DNA of 64,000 nucleotides from Candidatus Latescibacterota bacterium (lineage in GTDB: Bacteria; Latescibacterota; UBA2968; GCA-2709665): positions 4,800,001 through 4,864,000 of the forward strand of contig OZ242358.1 in assembly GCA_965208835.1 (NCBI GenBank), given 5' to 3'. The position numbers and the translations under genes were made by a program. Numbering within the stretch: position 1 is the first letter of the stretch; each line of letters opens with the position of its first letter. Positions 10,177 through 19,664 of the stretch are shown here, one piece after another. The notes under the pieces were generated by a model. It saw nothing but the letters and a program-made list of their open reading frames with translations. It did not search any database and had not been told where the DNA came from.

Positions 10177-11304
10177 GTGAAGATCGATATCGAAGAAATC
10201 CGGACCCGGTTTCCGGTTACCCGGAACTGGATATACATGAATCACGCCGGAATCGCGCCAATCTCACAGAGCGCCTACCGGGCAATGGAGGGCATGCTGC
10301 AGGACCTGACCCGCAATGGAATGGTCAACCTGCCCGAATGGGACGAAGTATGTGCGCAGACGCGGGAATCGGCCGCCCGTCTGATTGGCGCAAACGCATC
10401 GGAAATCGCCTTCGTCAAAAACACGTCCGAAGGAATCCTGATGGTAGCCAACGGACTGGCGTGGCGGCAGGGCGACAACGTCGTCATTCCCGATCGGGGA
10501 TTCCCGGCCAATGTCTATCCCTGGCTGAACCTGCGTTCACTGGGCGTAGAGGTTCGGCGTGTTCCCGAGGTCGACGGTCGTATCCCGCTGAAAGACCTCC
10601 TGAATGCCGTCGACGACCGAACGCGCGTGCTGTCCGTGAGCTCGGTGGAGTTCGCGAGCGGATTCCGGCACGACCTCCGGGAAATCGGCCGATTCTGCAG
10701 CGCGCGGGGAGTCCTTTTCTTCGTGGATGTCATTCAGAGCCTCGGTGTTCTGTCCCTGGACGTGACGGACGCAGAAATCGACTTTGTTTCGGCAGACGCC
10801 CACAAATGGCTTCTGGGTCCGGAGGGAATCGGGCTCTTCTATTGCTCAAGCCGCGCCCGGCAACATCTGCGTGTGGTAAATCTGGGCTGGGCGAACGTGG
10901 TGGAACCCAGGGATTTTCTGTCGTACGATACCACGCTCCTGCCCGATGCACAGCGGTTTGAATGCGGCACGTTGAATACCGTGGGCATCCATGGATTGAG
11001 GGCCGGTCTCGACCTCCTTCATCGCGTCGGCATCGACAGCATTGAAGCGCGGGTACTGTCGCTGACCGATCAGCTCTGTGCCGGACTTGAGGAAAAGGGC
11101 TACCGGGTGGTCAGTTCCAGGGCGCCCGGCGAAAAGTCGGGCATCGTGATCTTCCACCATTCCCTGATCGCCACGGATGCGGTTTATCGGATGTTGTGCG
11201 ACGCACGGGTCGTTTGCGCGGTCCGGGGGGGACGCGTCCGTCTGTCGCCGCATTTCTATAACACCGAAGAAGAAATCGATCGCGTGCTGGACGCGATTCC
11301 GTAA
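10177..11304 (+). CDS. Aminotransferase class V (cysteine desulfurase / selenocysteine lyase-like fold)
   Basis: YMNHAG, DVIQSLG, AHKWLLGPEG (PLP Lys), RLSPHFYN; start approximate. Confidence 0.85.
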   Translation: MKIDIEEIRTRFPVTRNWIYMNHAGIAPISQSAYRAMEGMLQDLTRNGMVNLPEWDEVCAQTRESAARLIGANASEIAFVKNTSEGILMVANGLAWRQGDNVVIPDRGFPANVYPWLNLRSLGVEVRRVPEVDGRIPLKDLLNAVDDRTRVLSVSSVEFASGFRHDLREIGRFCSARGVLFFVDVIQSLGVLSLDVTDAEIDFVSADAHKWLLGPEGIGLFYCSSRARQHLRVVNLGWANVVEPRDFLSYDTTLLPDAQRFECGTLNTVGIHGLRAGLDLLHRVGIDSIEARVLSLTDQLCAGLEEKGYRVVSSRAPGEKSGIVIFHHSLIATDAVYRMLCDARVVCAVRGGRVRLSPHFYNTEEEIDRVLDAIP

Positions 11305-11305
11305 A

Positions 11306-11529
11306 AGCGGGGAGAGGGGAGACGGAAGAGGGTAGAGGACCACACCACATCCCACCGCCTGGTGAGACGCAAGACGTGAGACGGGAGAGATTTCCAGCCT
11401 TGTAAGAATTCTTCTCGTGCCGGAGGCAACGAGGAAGAACATACCCGGCAATGATCTCATCTACCGTCTTACGTCTCCCGTCTACCCGCCTTTTTTCTAC
11501 CGTCTCCCCTCTACCGTCTTACCGCCTTT
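11306..11529. repeat. Family C heptamer-armed repeat element copy 1
   Basis: GAGACGG/GTAGAGG-type heptamer arms around a conserved core; homologous to 37695-37911, 60340-60510 and 62103-62287. Confidence 0.8.
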
Positions 11530-11554
11530 GGGCGACCACAAGGGTCGCCCCTAC
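11530..11554 (-). repeat. GTAG-type REP
   Basis: GTAGGGGCGACCCTTGTGGTCGCCC hairpin. Confidence 0.75.
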
Positions 11555-11626
11555 AAAAGCAACGAAGGCGCGTTCCATTTGAAGCGACAAAAAGGGATCT
11601 ACCTCACGACGGTACTAAAGGATTGA

Positions 11627-12043
11627 ATGATGACAGAACTTGCGACCGGCGAGGTCCAGGGCCTGCTGGACTCACTGAAGAATGTAGTAATAGAGGGGGA
11701 TTCCCGCGCTTTGGAGCAACTCCTCGCGGAGGACGTCTGCGCGTTTTTTTCGGGAGGAGACACACCCGTACGCGGCAGGGATGCCGTGCTGGCCACATGG
11801 ACAAGACACTTCGGGCGCTGGTCCGACGTACGAATCGATCGAAGGGATACCGTGGCGGGAACCCGGGGAAACGTGGCCTGGGTGCAATTTCTGTGGGACG
11901 GCGAAGGCAGAATCGGTGCGCAGCGCTACAGGCTCGAAGGCGAGCGGTGGACCGTCGTCCTGCGACGTGAGAATGGAAGCTGGCGATTCGTGCAGATGCA
12001 TTCGTCCATGCCATACCGGGATTGGGAATCGCACCGCGCGTAG
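11627..12043 (+). CDS. SnoaL/NTF2-like family protein
   Basis: 138 aa with RGRDAV and RWTVVLRRENGSWRFVQMHSS pattern. Confidence 0.75.
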   Translation: MMTELATGEVQGLLDSLKNVVIEGDSRALEQLLAEDVCAFFSGGDTPVRGRDAVLATWTRHFGRWSDVRIDRRDTVAGTRGNVAWVQFLWDGEGRIGAQRYRLEGERWTVVLRRENGSWRFVQMHSSMPYRDWESHRA

Positions 12044-12110
12044 TGATTGTTGCGGCTGTGCCGCCCGGGAGCTGACCACAGACGCCAGTACGTCAACGAG
12101 GATCGTGGTA

Positions 12111-13220
12111 TTGGAGTTGCCTGAGACGATTCTGCAATTCGGCGGAGGCAGCTTTCTCAGGGCGTTCGCCGACGTGTTCGTTCACGAGGCGAATGCGGGG
12201 GGTGAAGCCGTGGGGCGTATCGTCGTCGTTCAGTCCACCGACGGCAACCGCGCGGCCCTGCTGAACACGCAGCGCGGCAGGTATCACGTGGTATTCAGGG
12301 GATTGTCGGATGGGGAGAGAATTGACAGGACGCTCGCGGTTCGCAGTATCAGCCGGGCGCTGATCGCGAAATCGGAATGGGCAGAGGTGATTCAGGTTGC
12401 CCGGTCGCCGGCTTTGCGCATGGTGATCTCGAATACGACCGAAGCCGGGTATACGCTCATCGACAACGACGATCCCGAAATGCCCCGTTCATTCCCCGCC
12501 CGGCTGCTTTGCATTCTCAAGGCACGCTACCGGGCCGGCCTGCCGGGTCTGTCGGTGTTACCGTGTGAGCTGGTAGAGCCGAATGGCGATCTGCTCCGGG
12601 AACTGGTACTCGGCCAGGCCGGAGCCTGGCGCCTGGATGCGGGGCTTCAGGACTGGATTCTGCGGGAAGTGCGATGGGTGAACACGCTCGTGGATCGAAT
12701 CGTCAGCGGCAGGCCTGACACTCATCCGCTTCTGGCGTCCGACCGGTTGCTGACGGCGGCGGAGCCGTTTGCCCTCTGGGTAGTCGAGGAGAAAGCGGAA
12801 GCGCTATTCGCCCACCCCTGCGTCAGGTACGTTCCGGACGTTCGACCGTATGCGCTGCGGAAGGTGCGCATCCTGAACGGCGCGCATACGGCCCTGGTGT
12901 GCAAGGCGCTTCCTTCGGGACTGCGTACGGTTCGTGAAGCGGTCGGGGACCCGGCGATCGGCAAGTGGTTGAGGCGTGTGGTCTTCGAGGAAATCGTACC
13001 GGCGCTCGAGCACGTCGTGGAAGATGCCGGGCAGTTTGCCGAACAGGTCCTGGAGCGGTTCGCCAATCCCTTTCTGGATCACCGGCTCGAGGCTATCGCG
13101 CTGCATCACGACGAGAAAGTAAGGGTGCGCCTGGTGCCGACCTATGAGGCGTACTTGAAGGCATTCGGCCGGCCGCCGGAGTTGCTGGGGAACATCCTCG
13201 CCCCTTACATGAACGCATAG
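12111..13220 (+). CDS. Tagaturonate/altronate reductase (mannitol dehydrogenase family, UxaB-like)
   Basis: ILQFGGGSFLRAF, SNTTEAG, PCEL, NTLVDRIV, KVRILNGAHT, RFANPF. Confidence 0.85.
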   Translation: MELPETILQFGGGSFLRAFADVFVHEANAGGEAVGRIVVVQSTDGNRAALLNTQRGRYHVVFRGLSDGERIDRTLAVRSISRALIAKSEWAEVIQVARSPALRMVISNTTEAGYTLIDNDDPEMPRSFPARLLCILKARYRAGLPGLSVLPCELVEPNGDLLRELVLGQAGAWRLDAGLQDWILREVRWVNTLVDRIVSGRPDTHPLLASDRLLTAAEPFALWVVEEKAEALFAHPCVRYVPDVRPYALRKVRILNGAHTALVCKALPSGLRTVREAVGDPAIGKWLRRVVFEEIVPALEHVVEDAGQFAEQVLERFANPFLDHRLEAIALHHDEKVRVRLVPTYEAYLKAFGRPPELLGNILAPYMNA

Positions 13221-13297
13221 CGATGACGTCCGTCGAAAACCGTCGCCGGACATCCTCGGTGTTTGATTTCGCCGTGATACGCGCCAACCTCGTATTC

Positions 13298-13322
13298 GTA
13301 GGGGCGACTCTTAGAGTCGCCC
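13298..13322 (+). repeat. GTAG-type REP
   Basis: GTAGGGGCGACTCTTAGAGTCGCCC hairpin. Confidence 0.75.
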
Positions 13323-13436
13323 ACATAATGGCGCTGATTGAGAGGATTTGGTATCGCCAGGCCGTATCGTTATCCGGGTTTAGCTGACGGCTGATTGCTG
13401 ACAGCTGGGCCTCGGATCAAGTTAAAGGAGGTGTTG

Positions 13437-14666
13437 ATGGATAAGGCGGCGCTTCTGGGCGGGACCCCCGTCCGGTCCGAACCGTTTCCGTCCTGGCCGC
13501 AGTCGGACGGACGCGACCTGGATCATCTGCGCGACGTCCTGGAAACCAGCCTGTGGGGGGGCACCATTCACGGTCCGCGGGTGACGGCGTTCTGCGATAC
13601 ATTCGCGAAGTTCTCGAATGCGCGGCATGGCGTGGGTATGGGCAGCTGCACGGCCGGACTGGAGTTGTCCCTCCGGGCGTTCGGCGTCGGGCCGGGAGAC
13701 GAAGTAATCGTTCCCGCCTACACATTCATCGCAACCGCGCTGGCGCCCCTTGCGATCGGAGCCGATGTTGTCTTCGCGGATATCGATCCCCGGACGTTCT
13801 GCATAACGCCGGAGGCAATAGAAGGGGCGATGTCCTCGCGCACAAAGGCGGTGATTCCCGTTCATTTCGCAGGGCACGCGGCGGACGTGCAAGGAATTCG
13901 GGCGTTGGCGGACCGGCACGGGCTGAGAGTCATATGGGACGCGGCGCATGCGCACACGTCCGGGTGGCGGGAGAGGATGCTGGGCGGTCTGGGCGACGTG
14001 GCCGTTTACAGTTTCAATCACGCAAAGAATCTGACGTGCGGCGAGGGAGGGATCGTAACGACGAACGACGAAGGGCTCGCGGATTTTCTGAAGTTTACGC
14101 TATCCACGTTCGGAAGAAAGAAAGGACGGCCCTGGTACGAACATCACCATCTGGGATTTTCCGATCCGCTGACTGAGTTTCAGGGCGCTATTCTGCAAGC
14201 GCAGTTCGAACGCCTTGAAGAGCAGAGCCTCAGGCGCGAGGAGAATGCCAGGTTGCTGATACGAGGATTGACTGAAATTGAAGGTATCGAACCGCCGTAC
14301 ATGTCTCCGGATGTCACGCGCCATGGCTGGCATGTATTCGTCATGACCTATAACGAAGATGCATTCGGCGGGCTTCCCAAGGAGACGTTCAGGAAGGCGC
14401 TCGAAGCTGAAGGAATCCCGAACGGCGGGTATACCTATCCTTTATATGACAATCCGATGTTCAATACGGAAACGGGCGAGGTCGCCGGAGCGCAGGGCAG
14501 GTGCCGCGTGATGCCCTGTCCGGTGAGCGCGTGGGCGTGCCGTGACGGCGTCTTCAATCTTGCACAATCGGTGCTGCTGGATGAACCCGACGGGATGAAC
14601 GATATCGTGACGGCGATCGAGAAGGTGAAAGCCAATGCCGGCAATTTAATGGATTGGAAGGAGTGA
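13437..14666 (+). CDS. DegT/DnrJ/EryC1/StrS family PLP aminotransferase
   Basis: GDEVIVPAYTFIAT, DAAHAH, SFNHAKNLTCGEGG; AAGGAGG RBS. Confidence 0.9.
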   Translation: MDKAALLGGTPVRSEPFPSWPQSDGRDLDHLRDVLETSLWGGTIHGPRVTAFCDTFAKFSNARHGVGMGSCTAGLELSLRAFGVGPGDEVIVPAYTFIATALAPLAIGADVVFADIDPRTFCITPEAIEGAMSSRTKAVIPVHFAGHAADVQGIRALADRHGLRVIWDAAHAHTSGWRERMLGGLGDVAVYSFNHAKNLTCGEGGIVTTNDEGLADFLKFTLSTFGRKKGRPWYEHHHLGFSDPLTEFQGAILQAQFERLEEQSLRREENARLLIRGLTEIEGIEPPYMSPDVTRHGWHVFVMTYNEDAFGGLPKETFRKALEAEGIPNGGYTYPLYDNPMFNTETGEVAGAQGRCRVMPCPVSAWACRDGVFNLAQSVLLDEPDGMNDIVTAIEKVKANAGNLMDWKE

Positions 14667-14669
14667 GCA

Positions 14670-15485
14670 ATGGACGAGACGGTTGCTCTCACGCTGTCCC
14701 AGCGGTTTCACTTCGATACATACGGCTACGTCCTGCTGGAAAACGTGCTGACGCCGGACGAGGTGGAGCGCATGAAAGCGGCGCTCTACCGGCTCAAGGG
14801 CAACCCGGCGGCAGCTCCGCGCGTATATGTTCGTCCGCGGGGCGATCATCATGTGCTCTTTGGAAACCTGGTGGAATTCGATCCCGCCCTTCTGGAATAT
14901 GCGGCCCATCCCGGGCTGGTTCCGCTGGTGGAAGAGGTGGTGGGAGGCGCGGTGCGGCTGGAGGAGACGGAAGCGATCATCAACCGGCGGGATCCGGATG
15001 CGGATCTGGATCAACTGCATTCACGCCGTACCAATCCAACGGGTTTTCACAGGGGAACGACCGCAACGTGGGGTTGCTATACGGAGCAGGACAGGCATCA
15101 CTGTATCTTTGTGAAGACGCTCGCCTATCTGACCGACGTGGGACCGGACGATGGAGGCACGTGCCTGATCCCGGGAAGCCACCGGTTGACGTGGCCGCGT
15201 GAAGAAATGATCCGGGCGGCCATGGACGACGAGCGGCTGATCCACCAGGTTGAGGCCACGGCTGGTTCGATACTCCTGTTCGGCGAGTCGCTGATCCACA
15301 GCACCACCGCGATTCGGAGCGACAGGGAGCGGGTGATTCTGGTTGCCGGATACACGCCGCCGATGGTTCGGGAGTGGATGGGCAACGAAGTGAGCCCAGA
15401 ATTCGTCGCGACCCTGCCCGAAGCAATGCGACCGCTCATTTCGGGCAGCGACAGCTGGAACTGGCGGCGCAACTACACACAGTAG
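14670..15485 (+). CDS. Phytanoyl-CoA dioxygenase (PhyH) family Fe/2OG enzyme with HxG motif
   Basis: FDTYGYVLLENVL, YLTDVGPDDGGTCLIPGSH, distal His (LIHS) and Arg; HRG where HxD is expected. Confidence 0.85.
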   Translation: MDETVALTLSQRFHFDTYGYVLLENVLTPDEVERMKAALYRLKGNPAAAPRVYVRPRGDHHVLFGNLVEFDPALLEYAAHPGLVPLVEEVVGGAVRLEETEAIINRRDPDADLDQLHSRRTNPTGFHRGTTATWGCYTEQDRHHCIFVKTLAYLTDVGPDDGGTCLIPGSHRLTWPREEMIRAAMDDERLIHQVEATAGSILLFGESLIHSTTAIRSDRERVILVAGYTPPMVREWMGNEVSPEFVATLPEAMRPLISGSDSWNWRRNYTQ

Positions 15486-15647
15486 GAAGCCGTTTTAAAA
15501 TTACCGGTGAGTTCCCGAGCACGAGCGAAAAAGTGGCGGTCAAGACGGGAAAACCCGCCCATATTTGTCTATACGGGTGGGTTTGACCAACGCCGACTGG
15601 CGCTTATGCAGCCGTGCGAAGACCGCAGGGAATTTTAAGACGGCTTC
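15486..15647 (+). mobile_element. MITE family A copy 2 (162 bp)
   Basis: TIRs GAAGCCGTTTTAAAATT ... AATTTTAAGACGGCTTC; starts right after the TAG stop of the PhyH gene. Confidence 0.9.
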
Positions 15648-15678
15648 TAAGAGACAATACTTCCGAGGAGTTTTCCCA

Positions 15679-16422
15679 ATGGCGGACAAGCGAGTATTTG
15701 TAGGGGACCTGACCCGGACGGAATTTCGGCAGCGAATGGAATCGGGTGAGATCGAGGCGGCGATTGTGCCGGTGGGCGCCACCGAGCAGCACAATGAACA
15801 TCTGGCGATGATTCACGATGCGTTTCACGTCACCCACGTCGCGGAACAGGCGGCCAGACGTCTTCATCCCCGGGTTGTGGTGGCGTCACCTGTTAGCATC
15901 GGCGTATCGGAGCAATGGATGGAGCACATCGGGACGCTGACGGTGCGGCCGGAGATCTTCTGCGAGTACGTTTACGACGTGTGCGATTCACTCAGGCGGG
16001 CGGGTGTCGGAAATATTCTGATTCTGAACGGACACGGCGGGAACGTGAAACCGATCATGCGCCGCATAGACGAGTACCGGGAACGCCTGGGTCTGAATCT
16101 CCGGTTTCAGTCGTACTGGGACGTATGCGATCCCGCGCTCGTCTTTTCAACCATGGAGGCCAATCGTCTTCCCGGTCACGCCTGTGAATTCGAGACCTCG
16201 ACGATGATGGCGCTTGCGCCGGAGCGTGTACACGCGGCGCTTATGGTCAATGAGGCTGCGAAGCTGGCAACGAAGGAAAAAGGAGAACTGCTGATCGGGC
16301 ACGCGGTATCGGGTGTGGCGGATGTGATTGACAAAATGATCGCGGGCGAAACGGTGGACAAGCCTCCGGTCACGTTCGCGGAGGGACAGCGGATTCACAT
16401 GGTGACCGGCGACCGGGTTTAG
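15679..16422 (+). CDS. Creatininase family amidohydrolase
   Basis: GATEQHNEH...D, NGHGGN, HACEFETS; GAGGAG RBS. Confidence 0.88.
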   Translation: MADKRVFVGDLTRTEFRQRMESGEIEAAIVPVGATEQHNEHLAMIHDAFHVTHVAEQAARRLHPRVVVASPVSIGVSEQWMEHIGTLTVRPEIFCEYVYDVCDSLRRAGVGNILILNGHGGNVKPIMRRIDEYRERLGLNLRFQSYWDVCDPALVFSTMEANRLPGHACEFETSTMMALAPERVHAALMVNEAAKLATKEKGELLIGHAVSGVADVIDKMIAGETVDKPPVTFAEGQRIHMVTGDRV

Positions 16423-16489
16423 CCCGGCAGACCTGTTCAGCACGTGACCCGGCCTGCCGGCGGCGGAGGGAAGTTTGCGTCCGAAAAAA

Positions 16490-16564
16490 TGGAGCCGCCC
16501 GGGGGGTTCGAACCCCCGACCTACGGATTACAAATCCGTTGCTCTACCGCTGAGCTAGGGCGGC
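16490..16564 (-). tRNA. tRNA-Thr(TGT)
   Basis: GCCGCCC acceptor stem, TAGCTCAGCGGTAGAGC D-arm, ACGGA-TTTGTAA-TCCGT anticodon arm, GGTTCGAAC T-loop, encoded CCA. Confidence 0.97.
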
Positions 16565-16642
16565 CCGTTTTCACCAATTTATATGCCGTGTCCGATATAA
16601 ACGCCAGGGCCCTCGTACGGCCCTGAAGGCGCTCGCGGTCCG

Positions 16643-18055
16643 TCAGGACCGTTTCCACACCGTCCCCTCGGGTGTGTCTTCCAACGTATACCCCAATTCC
16701 GTGAACCGGTCCCGAATCTCGTCCGCCCGCGCCCAGTTCCTTTCCTTCCTCGCCCGGTCGCGTTCCACGATCAGTGCCGCAAGGTCGTCCGGAAGTTCCT
16801 CTTCACCGTCATCTCCGGGTGTCGCATAGAACACCCCCAGTACCCGATCGATCTCGTCCAGAAAACCGTCAATCCTGCCGGCGCCGCCCCGGTCCACCCG
16901 TCCCTCGCGGATCAGGTCCTCCACAGCATTTACCATTCCGAAAACGGCGCTCATCGCGCGAGGCGCGTTGAGATCGTCATCCATGTGCCTGACAAATCCT
17001 TCACGCGCCGTTTCAAGCAAAGGCTCGGGGTCTTCTCCACCACTTGTCCGCGTGACCTCGCCAAGCCTGCGCCTGAAGTTGTCCAACCTTCGTATGGTAC
17101 TCTTCGCGGCGTCGAGTACTTCCTTTGAAAAATTGAACGCGGTGCGGTAATGATTGCTTACCACAAGGTACCGGAATGCACGCGCGTCATCGCGCGAACT
17201 CACGATGTCGCGAACCGTCAGGAAATTGCCCAGGCTCTTGGACATCTTCTCGTCGTCGACATTGATATGCGCGCCGTGCAGCCAGTAATTGACGAAGCGC
17301 TTGCCCGTTACCGCCTCGCTTTGCGCGATTTCATTCTGGTGGTGCGGAAAAATCAGATCGACCGCCCCGGCGTGGATGTCGATGGTTTCCCCCAGATACT
17401 TGATTGACATGCACGAGCACTCCATGTGCCAGCCCGGCCTTCCCGTTCCCAGATCCGACTTCCAGAACACGTCTCCGTCTTCCGGTTTCCACGCCTTCCA
17501 CAACACGAAGTCCCTCGCGTCTTCCTTGTCGTATTTGTCCGTATCCACCCCGCTGGCGCCTGTCTGCAATCCGGAAACGTCCAGTTGCGCCAGCTCCCCG
17601 TACGAGGGAAAGCTCCGTATCGAAAAATACACCGAGCCGTCGTGGACGTACGCATGGCCGTCTGCAATCATCCGCGAGATCATCTCCACCATTTCGGGGA
17701 TGTGATCCGTCGCCCGTGGATAGTGATCGGCCGGCAGCACATTCAATGTTTCCATGTCCTCGAAAAAGGCCGCCGTATACCGTTCTGTGAGCGCCTTCAG
17801 CGTCGTCTTTTCGTCGCGAACCTTCCCGATGATATTGTCGTCCACGTCGGTGATGTTCATCACGTGATCAACCCGATATCCGCGATACGTCAAATAGCGC
17901 TTGATCAGATCGAAGACGATAAAGGTCTTGAAATTTCCGATATGGGAATAGTCGTGAACGGTCGGCCCGCAACTGTAGAACGAGACCCTTCCAGGCGCAA
18001 TCTCTCTGAACTCCTCTTTTTCCCGGGTCAAGCTATTGTAAAAACAAACGGCCAT
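16643..18055 (-). CDS. cysS: Cysteine--tRNA ligase
   Basis: CGPTV, HIGN, GRPGWHMECS, KMSKSLGN; start MAVCFYN after AAGGAG. Confidence 0.95.
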   Translation of the reverse strand: MAVCFYNSLTREKEEFREIAPGRVSFYSCGPTVHDYSHIGNFKTFIVFDLIKRYLTYRGYRVDHVMNITDVDDNIIGKVRDEKTTLKALTERYTAAFFEDMETLNVLPADHYPRATDHIPEMVEMISRMIADGHAYVHDGSVYFSIRSFPSYGELAQLDVSGLQTGASGVDTDKYDKEDARDFVLWKAWKPEDGDVFWKSDLGTGRPGWHMECSCMSIKYLGETIDIHAGAVDLIFPHHQNEIAQSEAVTGKRFVNYWLHGAHINVDDEKMSKSLGNFLTVRDIVSSRDDARAFRYLVVSNHYRTAFNFSKEVLDAAKSTIRRLDNFRRRLGEVTRTSGGEDPEPLLETAREGFVRHMDDDLNAPRAMSAVFGMVNAVEDLIREGRVDRGGAGRIDGFLDEIDRVLGVFYATPGDDGEEELPDDLAALIVERDRARKERNWARADEIRDRFTELGYTLEDTPEGTVWKRS

Positions 18056-18068
18056 TGACTGCTCCTTA

Positions 18069-18253
18069 GAAGCTGTCTTAAAACCCCCAGCGGTCTTCGC
18101 GCGGCTGCAAAAGCGTCGGCCTGCGTTGGTCAAATCCACCCGTCGTACGAGATCGAGGCTGCGCTTGCTCGCCTCTCATAGGCGAATTTGCCCGCCTTGA
18201 CCGACACATTTTCGCGCGCACTCGGGACTCACCAGGAATTTTAAAACAGCTTC
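18069..18253 (-). mobile_element. MITE family A copy 3 (185 bp)
   Basis: TIRs; TTA direct repeat on both flanks (18066-18068, 18254-18256), overlapping the cysS RBS. Confidence 0.9.
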
Positions 18254-18288
18254 TTAGCTGCCGCAATGCAGATCAACCCACGCGGATG

Positions 18289-19392
18289 TCATACGGACGT
18301 CCTGAGCCGCTGCTCCCGCCCGTGTCGTTCGAACGCGAGCTGAATCAGGCGGTCGACCAGTTCCGTGTAGGACACCCCGCTCGCCTCCCACAGCTTCGGA
18401 TACATGCTGATTCGCGTAAAGCCCGGAATGGTGTTGATTTCGTTGACGAGTACTTCATCTTCACCGCGCAGAAAGCAATCCACGCGCGCCATTCCCTCGC
18501 AACAAAGCGCTGTGAAGGCCTGGACCGCCAACGCCTGTACCCTGTGTACGGTCGCCTCGGGCAGGTCCGCCGGAATAACCAGTCCGGCCCCGTTCTCGTC
18601 GATGTATTTCGCCTCGTACGTGTAGAAGTCGTGATGGGGGATAATTTCACCCGGTACGGATGCGACCGGATCGTCGTTGCCCAGTACCGAAACCTCGATC
18701 TCGCGCCCCCCCGCGTTTGCCTCGATCAAAATCTTGTGGTCGTACTGAAACGCCAGTTCAACCGCATCGGCAAACGTCTCGCGTCCACCCACCCGGCTGA
18801 CGCCAACCGAAGATCCAAGATTGGCCGGCTTTACGAAAACGGGCAACCCCAGCCTTCTCACAACCGCGTCAAAGTCGATTTCGCCGCAGGACCGTGAACA
18901 TGCCACAAAATCGGGAGTCGGAATACCGGCCTCGCGCAGCAGGCGTTTCATTACGTCTTTGTCCATTGCCACAGCCGAACCCAGAACACCGGCGCCCACG
19001 AAAGGAATGTCGGCCAGTTTCAACATCCCCTGAATGGTGCCGTCCTCTCCGAACGGTCCGTGCAGAACGGGGAACACCACATCAAGCGCCTCAAGACTCT
19101 GATTGTCGGATGAACGTACGAGCCGGGCGCCGCCGGTATCCTGCGGTACGAGTGTCACGCCGTCGTCCGCGTCTCCTGACGTCAGCGCCGGGAGGGCAGC
19201 GCCGGCGGCCTCGACATAAAGCCGGGACGGGGCACTCAGGTGCCACGTGCCTCGACGGTCGATGCCAATCAATACCACTTCGTATTTTTCCCTGTCAATT
19301 GCTTCTACAACGTTCCTGGCGGATTCCAGCGACACTTCGTGCTCGGCGGATTTCCCGCCGAACAGCACGCCGACGCGGGTCTTTTTACCCAT
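18289..19392 (-). CDS. ddl: D-alanine--D-alanine ligase
   Basis: GGKSAEHEVS, LHGPFGEDG, KPANLGSSVG, NEINTIPGFT..SMYP. Confidence 0.95.
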   Translation of the reverse strand: MGKKTRVGVLFGGKSAEHEVSLESARNVVEAIDREKYEVVLIGIDRRGTWHLSAPSRLYVEAAGAALPALTSGDADDGVTLVPQDTGGARLVRSSDNQSLEALDVVFPVLHGPFGEDGTIQGMLKLADIPFVGAGVLGSAVAMDKDVMKRLLREAGIPTPDFVACSRSCGEIDFDAVVRRLGLPVFVKPANLGSSVGVSRVGGRETFADAVELAFQYDHKILIEANAGGREIEVSVLGNDDPVASVPGEIIPHHDFYTYEAKYIDENGAGLVIPADLPEATVHRVQALAVQAFTALCCEGMARVDCFLRGEDEVLVNEINTIPGFTRISMYPKLWEASGVSYTELVDRLIQLAFERHGREQRLRTSV

Positions 19393-19470
19393 CGACTCTT
19401 CCTTGAGCGTGTATTGGCTTCCGTCCTGCCCGGATCCGGTAAGGAGCTACATCGAGTAAAAAATCTGAAG

Positions 19471-19623
19471 CTACGAATAGGCGAGACTACGAAAGAACGA
19501 AACTACGAATTGGCGAAACTACGAAGGAACGAAAGAGCGGGAAGATATTATTCGTCTTATGGTTTTCTCGTATTCTCGTATTCTCGTATTCTCGCTTTAT
19601 GAAACGACGAATAGACGAAGAAT
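19471..19623. repeat. Octamer tandem array with inverted arm
   Basis: Nine CTACGAAW/NNNCGAAA-like units followed by CTCGTATT x3 and related units. Confidence 0.75.
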
Positions 19624-19664
19624 CCCAGGGTGAATTCAGTTGCCGAACGAGGTGCGGCAGGCGT

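Noticed and set aside
13383-13407. Short heptamer run GCTGACG-GCTGATT-GCTGACA-GCTG
   Set aside because: Only about 3.5 units and a single occurrence; too little to call an element.
15565-15678. N-terminal extensions of creatininase and cysS (LTNA...CSRAKTAG.FKTAS) in the ORF track
   Set aside because: Derived from MITE family A sequence; good RBS plus ATG starts exist downstream (15679 and 18055).
16490-16564. tRNA-Thr as an integration site for an island
   Set aside because: No integrase and no duplicated tRNA 3' end found in the window.
19471-19623. Possible CRISPR array
   Set aside because: Period-8 tandem units without unique spacers; no cas genes in the window.
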